This document shows, one piece after another, positions 39,124 through 48,487 of a stretch of DNA of 64,000 nucleotides. How positions within the stretch are numbered: position 1 is the first letter of the stretch; each line of letters starts with the position of its first letter. The DNA comes from an uncultured Bacteroidales bacterium (GTDB lineage Bacteria > Bacteroidota > Bacteroidia > Bacteroidales > FEN-979). A program made the translations under genes and the position numbers. The stretch lies in contig CAIKNA010000208.1 of assembly GCA_903828645.1 (NCBI GenBank), forward strand, positions 1,223 through 65,222, in the 5' to 3' direction. The notes below the pieces were generated by a model. The model had not been told where the DNA came from. It searched no databases and saw nothing but the letters and a program-made list of their open reading frames with translations.

Positions 39124-41358
39124 TTACGGATGCACGCTGTTGATGATCTTTATCGGGAAATCGTATTCAACATGATGAACATCCGTGGCGTTATTCAACA
39201 CAGTCTTGTCGCGCACATAAAGGGTGAATACATAAGCGCATGATTCGCCCGGAGCAAGTTTATTGGCAGCAGTGAGAGGCCCTGCAGCAGAAGGCAGGTC
39301 CAGCCATCTCAGGTCAAAACTGAAAAGATTGGTGGAGACAGGGCCTGTTCTGCCGGGCACCGGAACTGACGATATCTTTATCTGTTCCTTTGGTGCGCCT
39401 TGCTTTTGGATGGTGATCCTGTAATTATCGAAGTTATCACTCGGATTGTTGAGATCCCCTGCGATGATCAGCGGATCAAATGCCATCCCATTAATATCCA
39501 CTACCCTGAAATTTGCCGCATCAACCCTGGTATATAGGTCGGAACAGGAAGGGAGATCGCCGATATTATAGATGTTGGCAGTGGGCCAGTCATTATCAAC
39601 CCAGACCCGCTGAATATCATAATAGGAAAAGTTGTTGGTATCCGTGACTTTAAGTAGCAGCGTGTAACGTCCGCTAGGCCCGGTATTCCAGTTCGTCCCG
39701 GAAACAAGCCCTTCAGGGAAATGCATGGTGATCCAGGCACCGTTGAAAAAGAAGGTTACGATATCATCATAGGTATAAAACCCGTTATTTGAGATGAGTG
39801 AACCGGGCCCTTTGAGAATATTCCACTGCCTGAGCTGATCGGGGGTGAAACCGTTGAAACCGGCGCCGAAATCAACATTGCATACGGTTGTAAAGCCATG
39901 AGTCAACGGATCGTATGAAGCCCCGTTTACAGGCTGAGGCGTTGTAAAATTATCGTTGATCACATAAATCCCGTAATCGTTGATCTGTGCATTCGTGCAA
40001 CCAAAAACCCTTGCTGCGCCCCAGATGCCGGCACCAAGGCCAATTGCCCCGATTTCCGCACCTGCAGCATCGGCTACCCGCAATTGTTCGTGCGTGTCGA
40101 CCACATCATGAGCCACGCGGCCACCAACATTCTTGATGTAGACTTCACTTGCCTTGACGGCAAAGGATAGTGTTGCATTGCAGACACTTTTATTTGCCCC
40201 CATCACCGTAAGTCGAATGACAAAAGTCGTCGATGTGATCAGATCGCTGCCGGCATTTTCCAGGGCTTTCTGCAGGAAGATGAAGCCAAGATTGCCGTTC
40301 ATGACACTGTGGGTCCCATTTGCGAGGGAAGGATCGGGGTGGCCAAGATTGTCGGCATAAACGATGGCACCGGCCGAAACATCCCTGGTTCCATTCCAGA
40401 GCAGTTCAAGTTTGTAACTGATCATTCCGCAACCGCTCGCAGTTCCGATAACGGTTAAAAACTTGTCATCCAGCAATTTCATTCCGCTATCGATGCATCC
40501 GGTTGGTTGTACCAGTCCGCAAACCAGTGATCCCTGGGGGCACTCCACGCAGAATTCGATGCAGAAACAATTTGAAGCATTGGTACGGTCGCGGTCATGC
40601 CCGCGCTGACGGTTTTCATTCAGGAGAACAGCGCCGTTGCCTGCTTCGATCCTGAAGTAAAGGTCAGGGCCGGCAGGCCACTCTACATTCAGCCAGCTTA
40701 AAATCGTCTTGCTGAAATCTGCTTCAGTATAATAGATTTTGAAATTACCGTTTGTATCGGTGATTCCATACCCAAGATGATCATCCTGAATAAGATCCAC
40801 ATCATATGCAAACACCTTGACCCCGCCTATTGCGATGTCATTCTTACAATCCCTCACTTTTCCGCAAATGACATAAAACCTGAAAAGCTTCAGTATCCAG
40901 CACCAGAATTTAGCAGGGATTGCATATTCCCAAAAAGCAACCAACCCCCTCAGATTTTCATTTGGTTGGGTTTCCTTCCAGAGTGGCTGAAGGGTTGTGA
41001 TGTGGAATTGAAGCGGTCCGTGAGGTTTAGGTGGATTTAAAATTTCAAATTTAACCGGGACAGATCCGCATTCGAAATCAACATCAAAAGCTCCACCTTC
41101 GTATTTCGTCTTTTCCGACAATTCGATGATAAAATTACCCCCTTCATCGGTCAGCGTTTCAAACAACAACCTCTTTGAAAGGGATTTCAATTCCTCTTCC
41201 GTCCGCTGGTGAAAAGATTCTTTCTCCCGTGATGCAGCCAGCGCTGCCACGTTGGCTGCCGGGTCAACGGAATAAACCCGGATTTTTGCATTGTAAAGAA
41301 AGTCAAAACAATCTCCGCAATAAAATCCCCTGAGATTTCCTTTTAACGAATAATTCAT
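39124..41358 (-). CDS. 744-aa Cys-rich hypothetical protein with two transthyretin/carboxypeptidase-regulatory-like segments, no signal peptide
   Basis: Long ORF. GKVRDC...GVKVFAYDVD...LGYGITDTNGNFKIYY...GPDLYFRI resembles prealbumin-like folds; also CGDC and CFCIEFCVEC. Confidence 0.8.
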   Translation of the reverse strand: MNYSLKGNLRGFYCGDCFDFLYNAKIRVYSVDPAANVAALAASREKESFHQRTEEELKSLSKRLLFETLTDEGGNFIIELSEKTKYEGGAFDVDFECGSVPVKFEILNPPKPHGPLQFHITTLQPLWKETQPNENLRGLVAFWEYAIPAKFWCWILKLFRFYVICGKVRDCKNDIAIGGVKVFAYDVDLIQDDHLGYGITDTNGNFKIYYTEADFSKTILSWLNVEWPAGPDLYFRIEAGNGAVLLNENRQRGHDRDRTNASNCFCIEFCVECPQGSLVCGLVQPTGCIDSGMKLLDDKFLTVIGTASGCGMISYKLELLWNGTRDVSAGAIVYADNLGHPDPSLANGTHSVMNGNLGFIFLQKALENAGSDLITSTTFVIRLTVMGANKSVCNATLSFAVKASEVYIKNVGGRVAHDVVDTHEQLRVADAAGAEIGAIGLGAGIWGAARVFGCTNAQINDYGIYVINDNFTTPQPVNGASYDPLTHGFTTVCNVDFGAGFNGFTPDQLRQWNILKGPGSLISNNGFYTYDDIVTFFFNGAWITMHFPEGLVSGTNWNTGPSGRYTLLLKVTDTNNFSYYDIQRVWVDNDWPTANIYNIGDLPSCSDLYTRVDAANFRVVDINGMAFDPLIIAGDLNNPSDNFDNYRITIQKQGAPKEQIKISSVPVPGRTGPVSTNLFSFDLRWLDLPSAAGPLTAANKLAPGESCAYVFTLYVRDKTVLNNATDVHHVEYDFPIKIINSVHP

Positions 41359-41378
41359 ATTGCTCCTCCTTTTTTTAA

Positions 41379-41409
41379 TGCCTACTCTGTTCGCTTTTCG
41401 GCAACCGCG
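41379..41409 (-). ncRNA. Candidate cis-regulatory leader RNA (H-type pseudoknot), copy 1
   Basis: CGC-GGTTGCCGAAAA-GCG-AAC-AGAGTAGGCA, ending 20 nt before the ATG. A second copy with a compensatory change lies at 56396-56433. Confidence 0.5.
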
Positions 41410-41517
41410 TTTTTATTGATTTTTCATATATTCCGGACAACAATTAAAAGAACATGAACAAAATTAAAACCACTTGATTGTTAAATAATTAACTAACAAA
41501 TATCACGGGTTCGGGTA

Positions 41518-41549
41518 CAAAAATAAAACTACAAAATGAGAATGTCAAG
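41518..41549 (-). promoter_or_regulatory. Promoter of the 744-aa gene: CTTGACAT-N16-TATTTTTG
   Basis: Fits the Bacteroidota -33/-7 layout; same architecture as 56303-56334. Confidence 0.6.
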
Positions 41550-41650
41550 TATATTATGATATTTTTTCATCCATAACATTAATATTTTTTTGTTTTTTTC
41601 ATTTTCCCGGGCACAAATTCTGTTTGGATGATTCGCAAATAAAAACTCCC

Positions 41651-41658
41651 TACCTTTG
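41651..41658 (+). promoter_or_regulatory. -7 promoter box upstream of the acyltransferase
   Basis: TACCTTTG matches TAnnTTTG. Confidence 0.5.
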
Positions 41659-41739
41659 GTCATTGAAACTTCGTACGCCGGTGATCTCCTCACGGATAAG
41701 GACGGTCAGCCGGAAAAGGAATTTGTAAAGGGTTAACAG

Positions 41740-42534
41740 ATGCGTCCAGATATTACTGCAGATAACGAATATATAACCCCGGAAGATACTCCGCGGCTTC
41801 TTTTAGACCGCCTGACATTCAACTCCCGTTTTGTCTTTTCGGGTCTTTTTTTAAGCTCCGTCTTTAAAGCCAGGGCCAAGGCGCGGAAAGGCTTGTATGA
41901 CACAACTCAATGGGTGGAAAGCTCCCATGATATTTTTACTGATGTGGAACATTGCGGCGGACGGATCCATATCACGGGACTGGATAACATTCGAAGAAGC
42001 CAGGGGCCTGTGCTCTTCCTGAGCAACCACATGAGCACACTTGAAACCATGATTTTCCCCGGAATCATCCAGCCGCTGAAAAATGTCACTTTCGTGGTAA
42101 AAAACGAACTGGTAAACCATTGGGCCTTCAAGGATGTCATGCGCTCGCGCAATCCCATCGTACTGAGCCGCTCCAATGCACGCGAGGACTTCCGTATTGT
42201 CATGGAGGGGGGCCTTGAACGGCTGAAAAACAATATTTCAATCATTATTTTCCCGCAAAGCACCCGCAGGGTTGACTTTCGCCCGGCTGAATTCAATTCC
42301 CTCGGCACCAAACTGGCTGCAAAGGCAGGTGTCAGGGTAATCCCGGTGGCGATAAAAACCGATTTCTGGGGATTTGGAAAATATTCAAGTTACCTGGGAC
42401 CGATCGACCGGAAAAAAACGGTTCACATTGCTTTTGGAGAAGCAATCAGTATGACCGGTTCAGGCAAGGAGGACCATCAGCGGGTAGTTGACTATATTCA
42501 ATCACATTTTGAATCGTGGAATGAGAAAAAATGA
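41740..42534 (+). CDS. 1-acyl-sn-glycerol-3-phosphate (lysophospholipid) acyltransferase family
   Basis: NHMSTLE (variant of NHxSxxD), FVVK, IFPQSTR, VIPVAI. Confidence 0.85.
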   Translation: MRPDITADNEYITPEDTPRLLLDRLTFNSRFVFSGLFLSSVFKARAKARKGLYDTTQWVESSHDIFTDVEHCGGRIHITGLDNIRRSQGPVLFLSNHMSTLETMIFPGIIQPLKNVTFVVKNELVNHWAFKDVMRSRNPIVLSRSNAREDFRIVMEGGLERLKNNISIIIFPQSTRRVDFRPAEFNSLGTKLAAKAGVRVIPVAIKTDFWGFGKYSSYLGPIDRKKTVHIAFGEAISMTGSGKEDHQRVVDYIQSHFESWNEKK

Positions 42535-42568
42535 CCCTTCCCTGGTGGAGTCAATAATACTACAACCT

Positions 42569-44047
42569 ATGGAACGCTGGAAAAAAAATCCTGTTATTTA
42601 TGAGATCAACACCTGGGTATGGCTCTATGAAATGGGCCGGCAAATGCAATTCCCGATCAACCTGGCCAATGTACCCGGTGAGAAGTGGGATGAACTCGCT
42701 CATCTCAACATCGATGCTGTCTGGTTCATGGGCGTCTGGGAGCGAAGTCCCCGTGGGATTGCAGTCTCAAACCTCAACAGCGGCAACCTTGCCGATTTTC
42801 GAAGGGCGCTTCCCGATTTCTGTTTTGAAGACAATGTCGGATCTCCTTATTGCGTGAAGCGTTATGCAGTTGATGTCGAATTGGGCGGAGATAAAGGACT
42901 GGCCATTGCACGGGCCCAGCTTGCCCGGCGCGGCATCAGGCTCATCCTTGATTTCGTTCCCAATCACATGGCCCCTGACCACCGGTGGGTGGATGAATCT
43001 CCCGACTACTTCATCACCGGGAACAGGGAAGATCTGCGTGATGATCCTGCAACATATGTCCAGATCAACGGGAACATATTTGCCTGCGGAAAAGACCCTA
43101 ACTACCCGGCATGGCAGGATGTGTTGCAGGTCAATGCATTTCATCCCGGCTTGCGTGAAGCTGCGATTGAAACGGCTACCGGGATTGCAAACCAGTGCGA
43201 TGGCGTACGGTGCGATATGGCCATGTTGTTGATGAATGATGTATTTGAACGTACCTGGGGCAAACGGGCAGGCCCCAAACCGGAACTCGAATATTGGGAG
43301 GAGTTGATCCCGGCCATAAAAAGAACCAACTGTGAATTTATCTTCATAGCAGAAGCATACTGGGACCTGGAGTGGGCGCTCCAGCAGCAGGGATTCGACT
43401 ATTGCTACGATAAACGTCTGTACGACAGGCTGGAGCATGACAGTGCGCCCGAAATCCGCCTCCACCTCCTTGCCGACCCGGTTTACCAGTCTAAAATGAT
43501 CCGGTTTATTGAGAATCATGATGAACCAAGGCATGTTGTTGCATTTCAACCGGGGAAAAACCGTGCCGCGACAGTGATCTCCTCAACCCTCCCCGGTGCC
43601 AGGCTATACCATGAGGGTCAGTTTGACGGACGGAAGGTTAAATTGCCTGTTTTCCTCCGCAGGCGCCCTGATGAACCGGTCGATTTCGAATTGAGGGCTT
43701 TTTGCCAGCGACTCCTCCTTGCAATCACCCATCCTGTTTTTCATGAGGGGGTGTGGCAACTTTGCGAATGCCACGGATGGCCCGGCAACACCAGTTATGA
43801 GAATCTGCTTTCGTGGTGCTGGTGGGATGGCGACGACCGTTTTCTGATCGTGGTCAACTATTCCTCCATGACCGTACAGGGAAGGGTGCTCCTTCCCGGC
43901 AATGATTTACGCAGGCGGAACTGGCGGTTGAATGATGCCCTGAGTGAAGTCACCTTTGAACGCAACGGGGATGAGATGCACGACCCAGGGCTCTATGTCG
44001 CCCTTGCCCCGTGGAATTATCATTTCCTGCGGTTTTACCTGGTGTAG
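42569..44047 (+). CDS. GH13 alpha-amylase family protein, apparently cytoplasmic
   Basis: LDFVPNH, GVRCDMA, IAEAYW, FIENHDE catalytic regions; start at ATG 42569. Confidence 0.9.
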   Translation: MERWKKNPVIYEINTWVWLYEMGRQMQFPINLANVPGEKWDELAHLNIDAVWFMGVWERSPRGIAVSNLNSGNLADFRRALPDFCFEDNVGSPYCVKRYAVDVELGGDKGLAIARAQLARRGIRLILDFVPNHMAPDHRWVDESPDYFITGNREDLRDDPATYVQINGNIFACGKDPNYPAWQDVLQVNAFHPGLREAAIETATGIANQCDGVRCDMAMLLMNDVFERTWGKRAGPKPELEYWEELIPAIKRTNCEFIFIAEAYWDLEWALQQQGFDYCYDKRLYDRLEHDSAPEIRLHLLADPVYQSKMIRFIENHDEPRHVVAFQPGKNRAATVISSTLPGARLYHEGQFDGRKVKLPVFLRRRPDEPVDFELRAFCQRLLLAITHPVFHEGVWQLCECHGWPGNTSYENLLSWCWWDGDDRFLIVVNYSSMTVQGRVLLPGNDLRRRNWRLNDALSEVTFERNGDEMHDPGLYVALAPWNYHFLRFYLV

Positions 44048-44062
44048 ATTATATGTTTCATC

Positions 44063-45670
44063 TCACTTACCGGTTCCATCTGCAGATCCGGTAATTTTAT
44101 AGTGCTTGTTTTCATTCGCCACAGTCCATGCGGTTAAAAAAGCCAGCCTGGCAACCCGTGCTGCTTTATCGGCATCGATGCGATCTGCCTGGTCGGTAAC
44201 TTTGTGATAATCGGGATGGAACCCGGTGAAGAAAAAGAGGACCGGCACCCCTTGGTAAAAAAAACTGGCGTGATCACTGCCACCCTCCAACTGTTTGTTT
44301 TGACTTTCCACGAGTGTGAACCCAATTGCCTTGTTTTGCTTTCGAACGACCTTCAGCAGTCCAGGATTTTGCCGCGCACCAATGATATATAACGAGTCCG
44401 GGTTATTTCGGCCAATCATGTCGAGGTTGAGCATCGCCACCGTTTTCTCCAAAGGCCATAAAGGCTTTCGTACATAAGTGGCGCTTCCAAGCAATCCCCT
44501 CTCCTCACCGGCAAAAGCGATGAACATTACGCTGCGCCTGGGGCTTTCAACCATGGTTGCAAAGGCTTTGGCAACTGCCAGCACCCCGCTGGTCCCCGAG
44601 GCATTGTCGTCGGCTCCGTTGAAAATATAATCTGAATCTGCCTGGCGCTCCTTCATACAGCCAATATGGTCATAATGGCCCCCTATCACAATAACTTCAT
44701 TTTTCAAAGCGGGATCAGATCCTTCGAGCAAAGCGATTACGTTCCGGCCACCAATAGGTTTGCTGGTGAACGAGACATTCAAAGCCAGGATTCTGTTCGG
44801 GATGGCAAATGAATGTGACTGCATGGTTTTTTCGATGCGCTGCTGGACCCGCTTCAGCGAATCAACCCGGCCGAATAATTCAGTGATAACAGACTCTCCG
44901 ACCTGGACCATCGGGATACACATTGCAGGTTTGTCGCAATAATCCATAAGCAGTGCATCCTTTGACACTGTTTTTGACCATGACGGCCATGCAAAACCTG
45001 TGGGCTGCAAAGAGGAGTATTGCAGCGGGCCCGACATGACCAGTATCCCGGCTGCGCCATGCGCCTGCGCATTTTCCTGCTTCTCCTTTAACGAAGAATA
45101 ATGGGTCAGTGCAATCCCGTCGAAAAGTTTCCCTGTTGAATCAGTCTGCCCCGGCTCCTGCCTTAAAACTGCCACTATTTTCCCTTGTACGTCCAGGTCT
45201 TTATAATCGTCATAATGATATTCAGGCGCCGTGATCCCATAACCGGCAAAAACCATTTCGCCCTCGGCAGGCCGGCTTCCTGAGAATTCATAAGGTATAA
45301 AATCATCCTTGATTTTAAAATTCCTGGTCTCAATCCCTTTGACAACAGATAGAAAAGTCTCTTTCCCAAGATCGAGATAACAAAATGACAGCTCCTGGAA
45401 ATAGGAACCTTTCACAGGTTGCAACCCAAACGATTTAAACTGTCTGGCGATAAATTCCCCGGCTGCATCGAGTTCCGGGCTAGGTGTGGCGCGGCCTTTC
45501 ATGGAATCGGAAGCCAGGTAACTGATGGTCTGTTTCATCAGATTGGGGGTGATGATCGAAATGGCATGACCGGTAACATTTCGCTGGGCGCGAACAAAGA
45601 CCGGGGTTAAGAGGAAGATCAGAAGTGCGATGAAAATTGTCCGGGAAACCGGGTATCTGCAATCAGGCAT
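44063..45670 (-). CDS. M28-family aminopeptidase with PA domain
   Basis: Signal peptide; FAGYGI (PA), GGHYDH, GADDNASG, GEERGLLGS, NLDMIG, SDHASF, DYHKVTD. Confidence 0.92.
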   Translation of the reverse strand: MPDCRYPVSRTIFIALLIFLLTPVFVRAQRNVTGHAISIITPNLMKQTISYLASDSMKGRATPSPELDAAGEFIARQFKSFGLQPVKGSYFQELSFCYLDLGKETFLSVVKGIETRNFKIKDDFIPYEFSGSRPAEGEMVFAGYGITAPEYHYDDYKDLDVQGKIVAVLRQEPGQTDSTGKLFDGIALTHYSSLKEKQENAQAHGAAGILVMSGPLQYSSLQPTGFAWPSWSKTVSKDALLMDYCDKPAMCIPMVQVGESVITELFGRVDSLKRVQQRIEKTMQSHSFAIPNRILALNVSFTSKPIGGRNVIALLEGSDPALKNEVIVIGGHYDHIGCMKERQADSDYIFNGADDNASGTSGVLAVAKAFATMVESPRRSVMFIAFAGEERGLLGSATYVRKPLWPLEKTVAMLNLDMIGRNNPDSLYIIGARQNPGLLKVVRKQNKAIGFTLVESQNKQLEGGSDHASFFYQGVPVLFFFTGFHPDYHKVTDQADRIDADKAARVARLAFLTAWTVANENKHYKITGSADGTGK

Positions 45671-45693
45671 TGTTTTTCTTTTAAGGTTTGGGT

Positions 45694-45744
45694 GTAGCCC
45701 CGTGATACAGCACGGGGGTATGTCCCGCGCTGAAGCGCGGGGTT
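45694..45744. repeat. REP-like doublet of GC-rich palindromes
   Basis: GTAG-CCCCGTG-ATACAG-CACGGGG followed by CCCGCGCT-GA-AGCGCGGG. Confidence 0.55.
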
Positions 45745-47104
45745 AAAGGGATACCATGACCTGCAGTTCGCGGGGTTTCTTCCACATCCCCCGGGTAAAA
45801 TCAGGAAATTTCAGGGGTTTACCCGCTTTGGCGATGGATTGTTCGCTGAGCACCCTCACAGCGCTCATCAGAACTCCATCGTACACATCCATATCGGGCT
45901 CAACCCCCTTCAACAGGGCGTTTACGAGGCGGTAATCCTCGATGTAATCCATCCCGCCATGGCCGGCTCCTTTGCTGGCTGTTTCCAGCTCCTCCCAGAT
46001 CGGGTGCTGGTATTTCTTCAGGTAATCATTGATCGGCTCCCACTGGTCATCTGTTTTACTGACACCTTCGATGTATATCTTCGGTTCAGGGTATTTGCGC
46101 ACAATCCCTTTTGTACCCTGGATAAGGATATTGCGACTATATGGACGTGGCAAACTGGTATCGTGGGTAACCACGATGGTCTCCCCGTTCATGGTTCGGA
46201 TCATGGTTGTGACGACATCACTGAGGATAAACTTTTCCTTCGCCTGGGAACTTTCCGGGCCGAATTTATCGATGGCGTAGGCATGGAGCCCTCTTGTTTT
46301 GGAGCCGAACGAGACCATGAAGTCGAAATAGTTTCCCCGGTTGATATCCAGGCATTGCATGACCGGTCCCAATCCATGGGTAGGATAGAGATCGCCGTTG
46401 TGGTGCATGGAGAAATCGCGCCGCCATACGCCTTCGCCTTCCATATCGTGTTTGACCTCACGCAAATCGTGAAGATAACCACATTCGGCATGCACCATCT
46501 CCCCGAACAATCCTTTCCTGACCATGTTCAAAATCATCATCTCCACCTTGTCGTAGTTGCAGTTTTCCATCATAATGCAATACTTCCCCGTTTTTTCCGA
46601 TGTCTCAACAAGCGCCCAGCAATCGTCCATGGTGAGGGCTGCCGGAACCTCCGTTGCTGCATGTTTGCCGTTTTTCATGGCGGCAAGGCAAACGGGAACA
46701 TGCCATTGCCAGGGTGTCGCCGTGTAAACCAGGTCGAGATCGTTCCGCTCACACAACCGCTGCCAGTCATATTCATCTTTCGAATACCCTTCGGGCCGTT
46801 TGAACCCGGCTTTTTCAACCATATCCTGGGCGCGCTGAACCTTCGCCGGGATAATGTCGCAAACTGCAACAATTTCAGCACCTTCAACCTTAAGGAGGTT
46901 TTCAACATGTGAAGTACCCTGTAGTCCGACCCCCACATACCCGATACGTACTTTTTGCATCGGGCTTCCAACAGGAGCCGGAGTGTATGGAGTGCTTATT
47001 CGTTCAGGCTGAATGGCAGCCATGAGGTTGTCACTCACTGCAAGCCCGACCCCGGTTGCAGCAATGGTTTTGATAAAATCCCTGCGGTTAAGTTGATTTT
47101 TCAT
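45743..47104 (-). CDS. GH109 NAD-dependent glycosidase (alpha-N-acetylgalactosaminidase-like) with Tat signal
   Basis: NRRDFIK Tat motif; ATPWQWH, ATEVPAA, MMENCNY, LYPTHGLGP, GHGGMD. Confidence 0.9.
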   Translation of the reverse strand: MKNQLNRRDFIKTIAATGVGLAVSDNLMAAIQPERISTPYTPAPVGSPMQKVRIGYVGVGLQGTSHVENLLKVEGAEIVAVCDIIPAKVQRAQDMVEKAGFKRPEGYSKDEYDWQRLCERNDLDLVYTATPWQWHVPVCLAAMKNGKHAATEVPAALTMDDCWALVETSEKTGKYCIMMENCNYDKVEMMILNMVRKGLFGEMVHAECGYLHDLREVKHDMEGEGVWRRDFSMHHNGDLYPTHGLGPVMQCLDINRGNYFDFMVSFGSKTRGLHAYAIDKFGPESSQAKEKFILSDVVTTMIRTMNGETIVVTHDTSLPRPYSRNILIQGTKGIVRKYPEPKIYIEGVSKTDDQWEPINDYLKKYQHPIWEELETASKGAGHGGMDYIEDYRLVNALLKGVEPDMDVYDGVLMSAVRVLSEQSIAKAGKPLKFPDFTRGMWKKPRELQVMVSL

Positions 47105-47138
47105 GGAGCGGTGATGTTTTTTTCAAATGTACATAAAT

Positions 47139-47181
47139 AAAAAAAACGAGGCAGTCATAAAGATACGGCTGCCTCGTTTTT
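47139..47181 (-). terminator. Terminator after the cytochrome c gene / cco cluster (possibly bidirectional)
   Basis: AAAAACGAGGCAGTC...GGCTGCCTCGTTTTT with A/T tracts on both sides. Confidence 0.75.
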
Positions 47182-47197
47182 ATATGATACGTGAATT

Positions 47198-47680
47198 TTA
47201 TTTCTTCCTGGGTTTAATCTCGACACCCTGGACCTCAGCCAGCGTGACGAATCCGTTTTTATTGCCAAAATTGTTCAATACGTAGTTGATAATCGCCACG
47301 GCATCTTCCTTGGTATCGACCTGGGGGACCATCTCCTGGGTGAATACTTTTCCATTCACGGTCATATCAAGTTTAGAACCATTGAGGGTTTGAGCAACAG
47401 CCCTCACTTTGTCTGCCAGCAGGTAATCTGCCTTGGACAACGGAGGGAATACATTTTCAATACCCAATCCCGTAACCTGATGGCATACGGTGCATTTGGT
47501 TTTATAAATCTCTTCGCCCCTGGGCATCATGGCCTGGATATCGGCAGGCAGATCAGCATAGGGTCCGGCGGCTTTAACGGCACTCTGATCAGCAGCAGCA
47601 GGCTGACTTCCTCCGCCGCAGGAGGTCATGATAAGTGTAATTGCAAACAATGAAATCAGAAAAATCGTAGTTCTTTTCAT
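47198..47680 (-). CDS. Monoheme cytochrome c lipoprotein
   Basis: Lipobox MTSC; CTVCH heme motif, VFPPL..ADYL, candidate Met ligand in QEMVPQ. Confidence 0.9.
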   Translation of the reverse strand: MKRTTIFLISLFAITLIMTSCGGGSQPAAADQSAVKAAGPYADLPADIQAMMPRGEEIYKTKCTVCHQVTGLGIENVFPPLSKADYLLADKVRAVAQTLNGSKLDMTVNGKVFTQEMVPQVDTKEDAVAIINYVLNNFGNKNGFVTLAEVQGVEIKPRKK

Positions 47681-47766
47681 GGGATTTTAGTTTTAAAAGG
47701 ATGTTATAGGTTTGACAAACAGTTAAACGGTTTTCATGTACAAAATTATTCAATTTTTTTGAATTC

Positions 47767-48486
47767 TCAAGGGCAACATTTGGGTTTTTGAAGTTGTTCG
47801 GTCTTTTGTTTTTGATCCTGGTCCATTTTCGGGCTGACATAAGGAATTCCGAGATTCATCCCCCTGACTACAAACAGCATACCGATGAGGAGGATGAGAA
47901 AAGGAATTAATTTCTGCACCCTCCGGCGAAAAGCCATACTGATGACATTCCCCAGCAATGCAAGGGTAAACATCGCCGGTACGGTTCCCAATCCGAAAAC
48001 CATCATGTATAAGGCTCCATGCGCAGGGCTGGTCGAAACCAATGCACCCGCCAGGGCGATGTAAACCAATCCGCAGGGAAGCAATCCGTTGAGCAGTCCG
48101 ATGACCCATGATGAGAGGTAGGTTCGTAAACCAAAAAAACGTCCAAAAAACTTTTTAAATCCTGTAAAAAAGGTGTCAAGTCCCCCGGTCAGGGCCGATC
48201 TGTGAAAAAGTACCGGGAAAGCGACGCTCATAATCATGACAGTTCCGGCACCGATGGAGACCCACTGCTGGATTCCCCAGATATGGATTCCCATCCCCAG
48301 CAGGCCAAAGATCAGCCCGAGAAAAATATAGGTTGAGGCACGGCCCAGGTTGTACAGCAACCCGCTGATAATCCTGGTACGCCAGGAGTTTTCTTTCAAT
48401 GGCAGGGATATGGCTATGGGTCCACACATGCCCATGCAGTGAAAACTACCCAGTAACCCGACAATCAAAGGGGGCCAAAAATCCAT
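47767..48486 (-). CDS. TauE/SafE (DsbD_2)-type cbb3 assembly membrane protein
   Basis: GSFHCMGMCGP, YNLGR, NGLLPCGLVY, FGLGTVP; start at ATG 48486. Confidence 0.88.
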   Translation of the reverse strand: MDFWPPLIVGLLGSFHCMGMCGPIAISLPLKENSWRTRIISGLLYNLGRASTYIFLGLIFGLLGMGIHIWGIQQWVSIGAGTVMIMSVAFPVLFHRSALTGGLDTFFTGFKKFFGRFFGLRTYLSSWVIGLLNGLLPCGLVYIALAGALVSTSPAHGALYMMVFGLGTVPAMFTLALLGNVISMAFRRRVQKLIPFLILLIGMLFVVRGMNLGIPYVSPKMDQDQKQKTEQLQKPKCCP

Positions 48487-48487
48487 T

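Noticed and set aside
42767-43549. 260-aa ORF on the minus strand
   Set aside because: Antisense shadow of the GH13 gene.
45839-46912. 357-aa ORF on the plus strand
   Set aside because: Entirely antisense to the well-supported GH109 gene, with no motifs; a shadow ORF.
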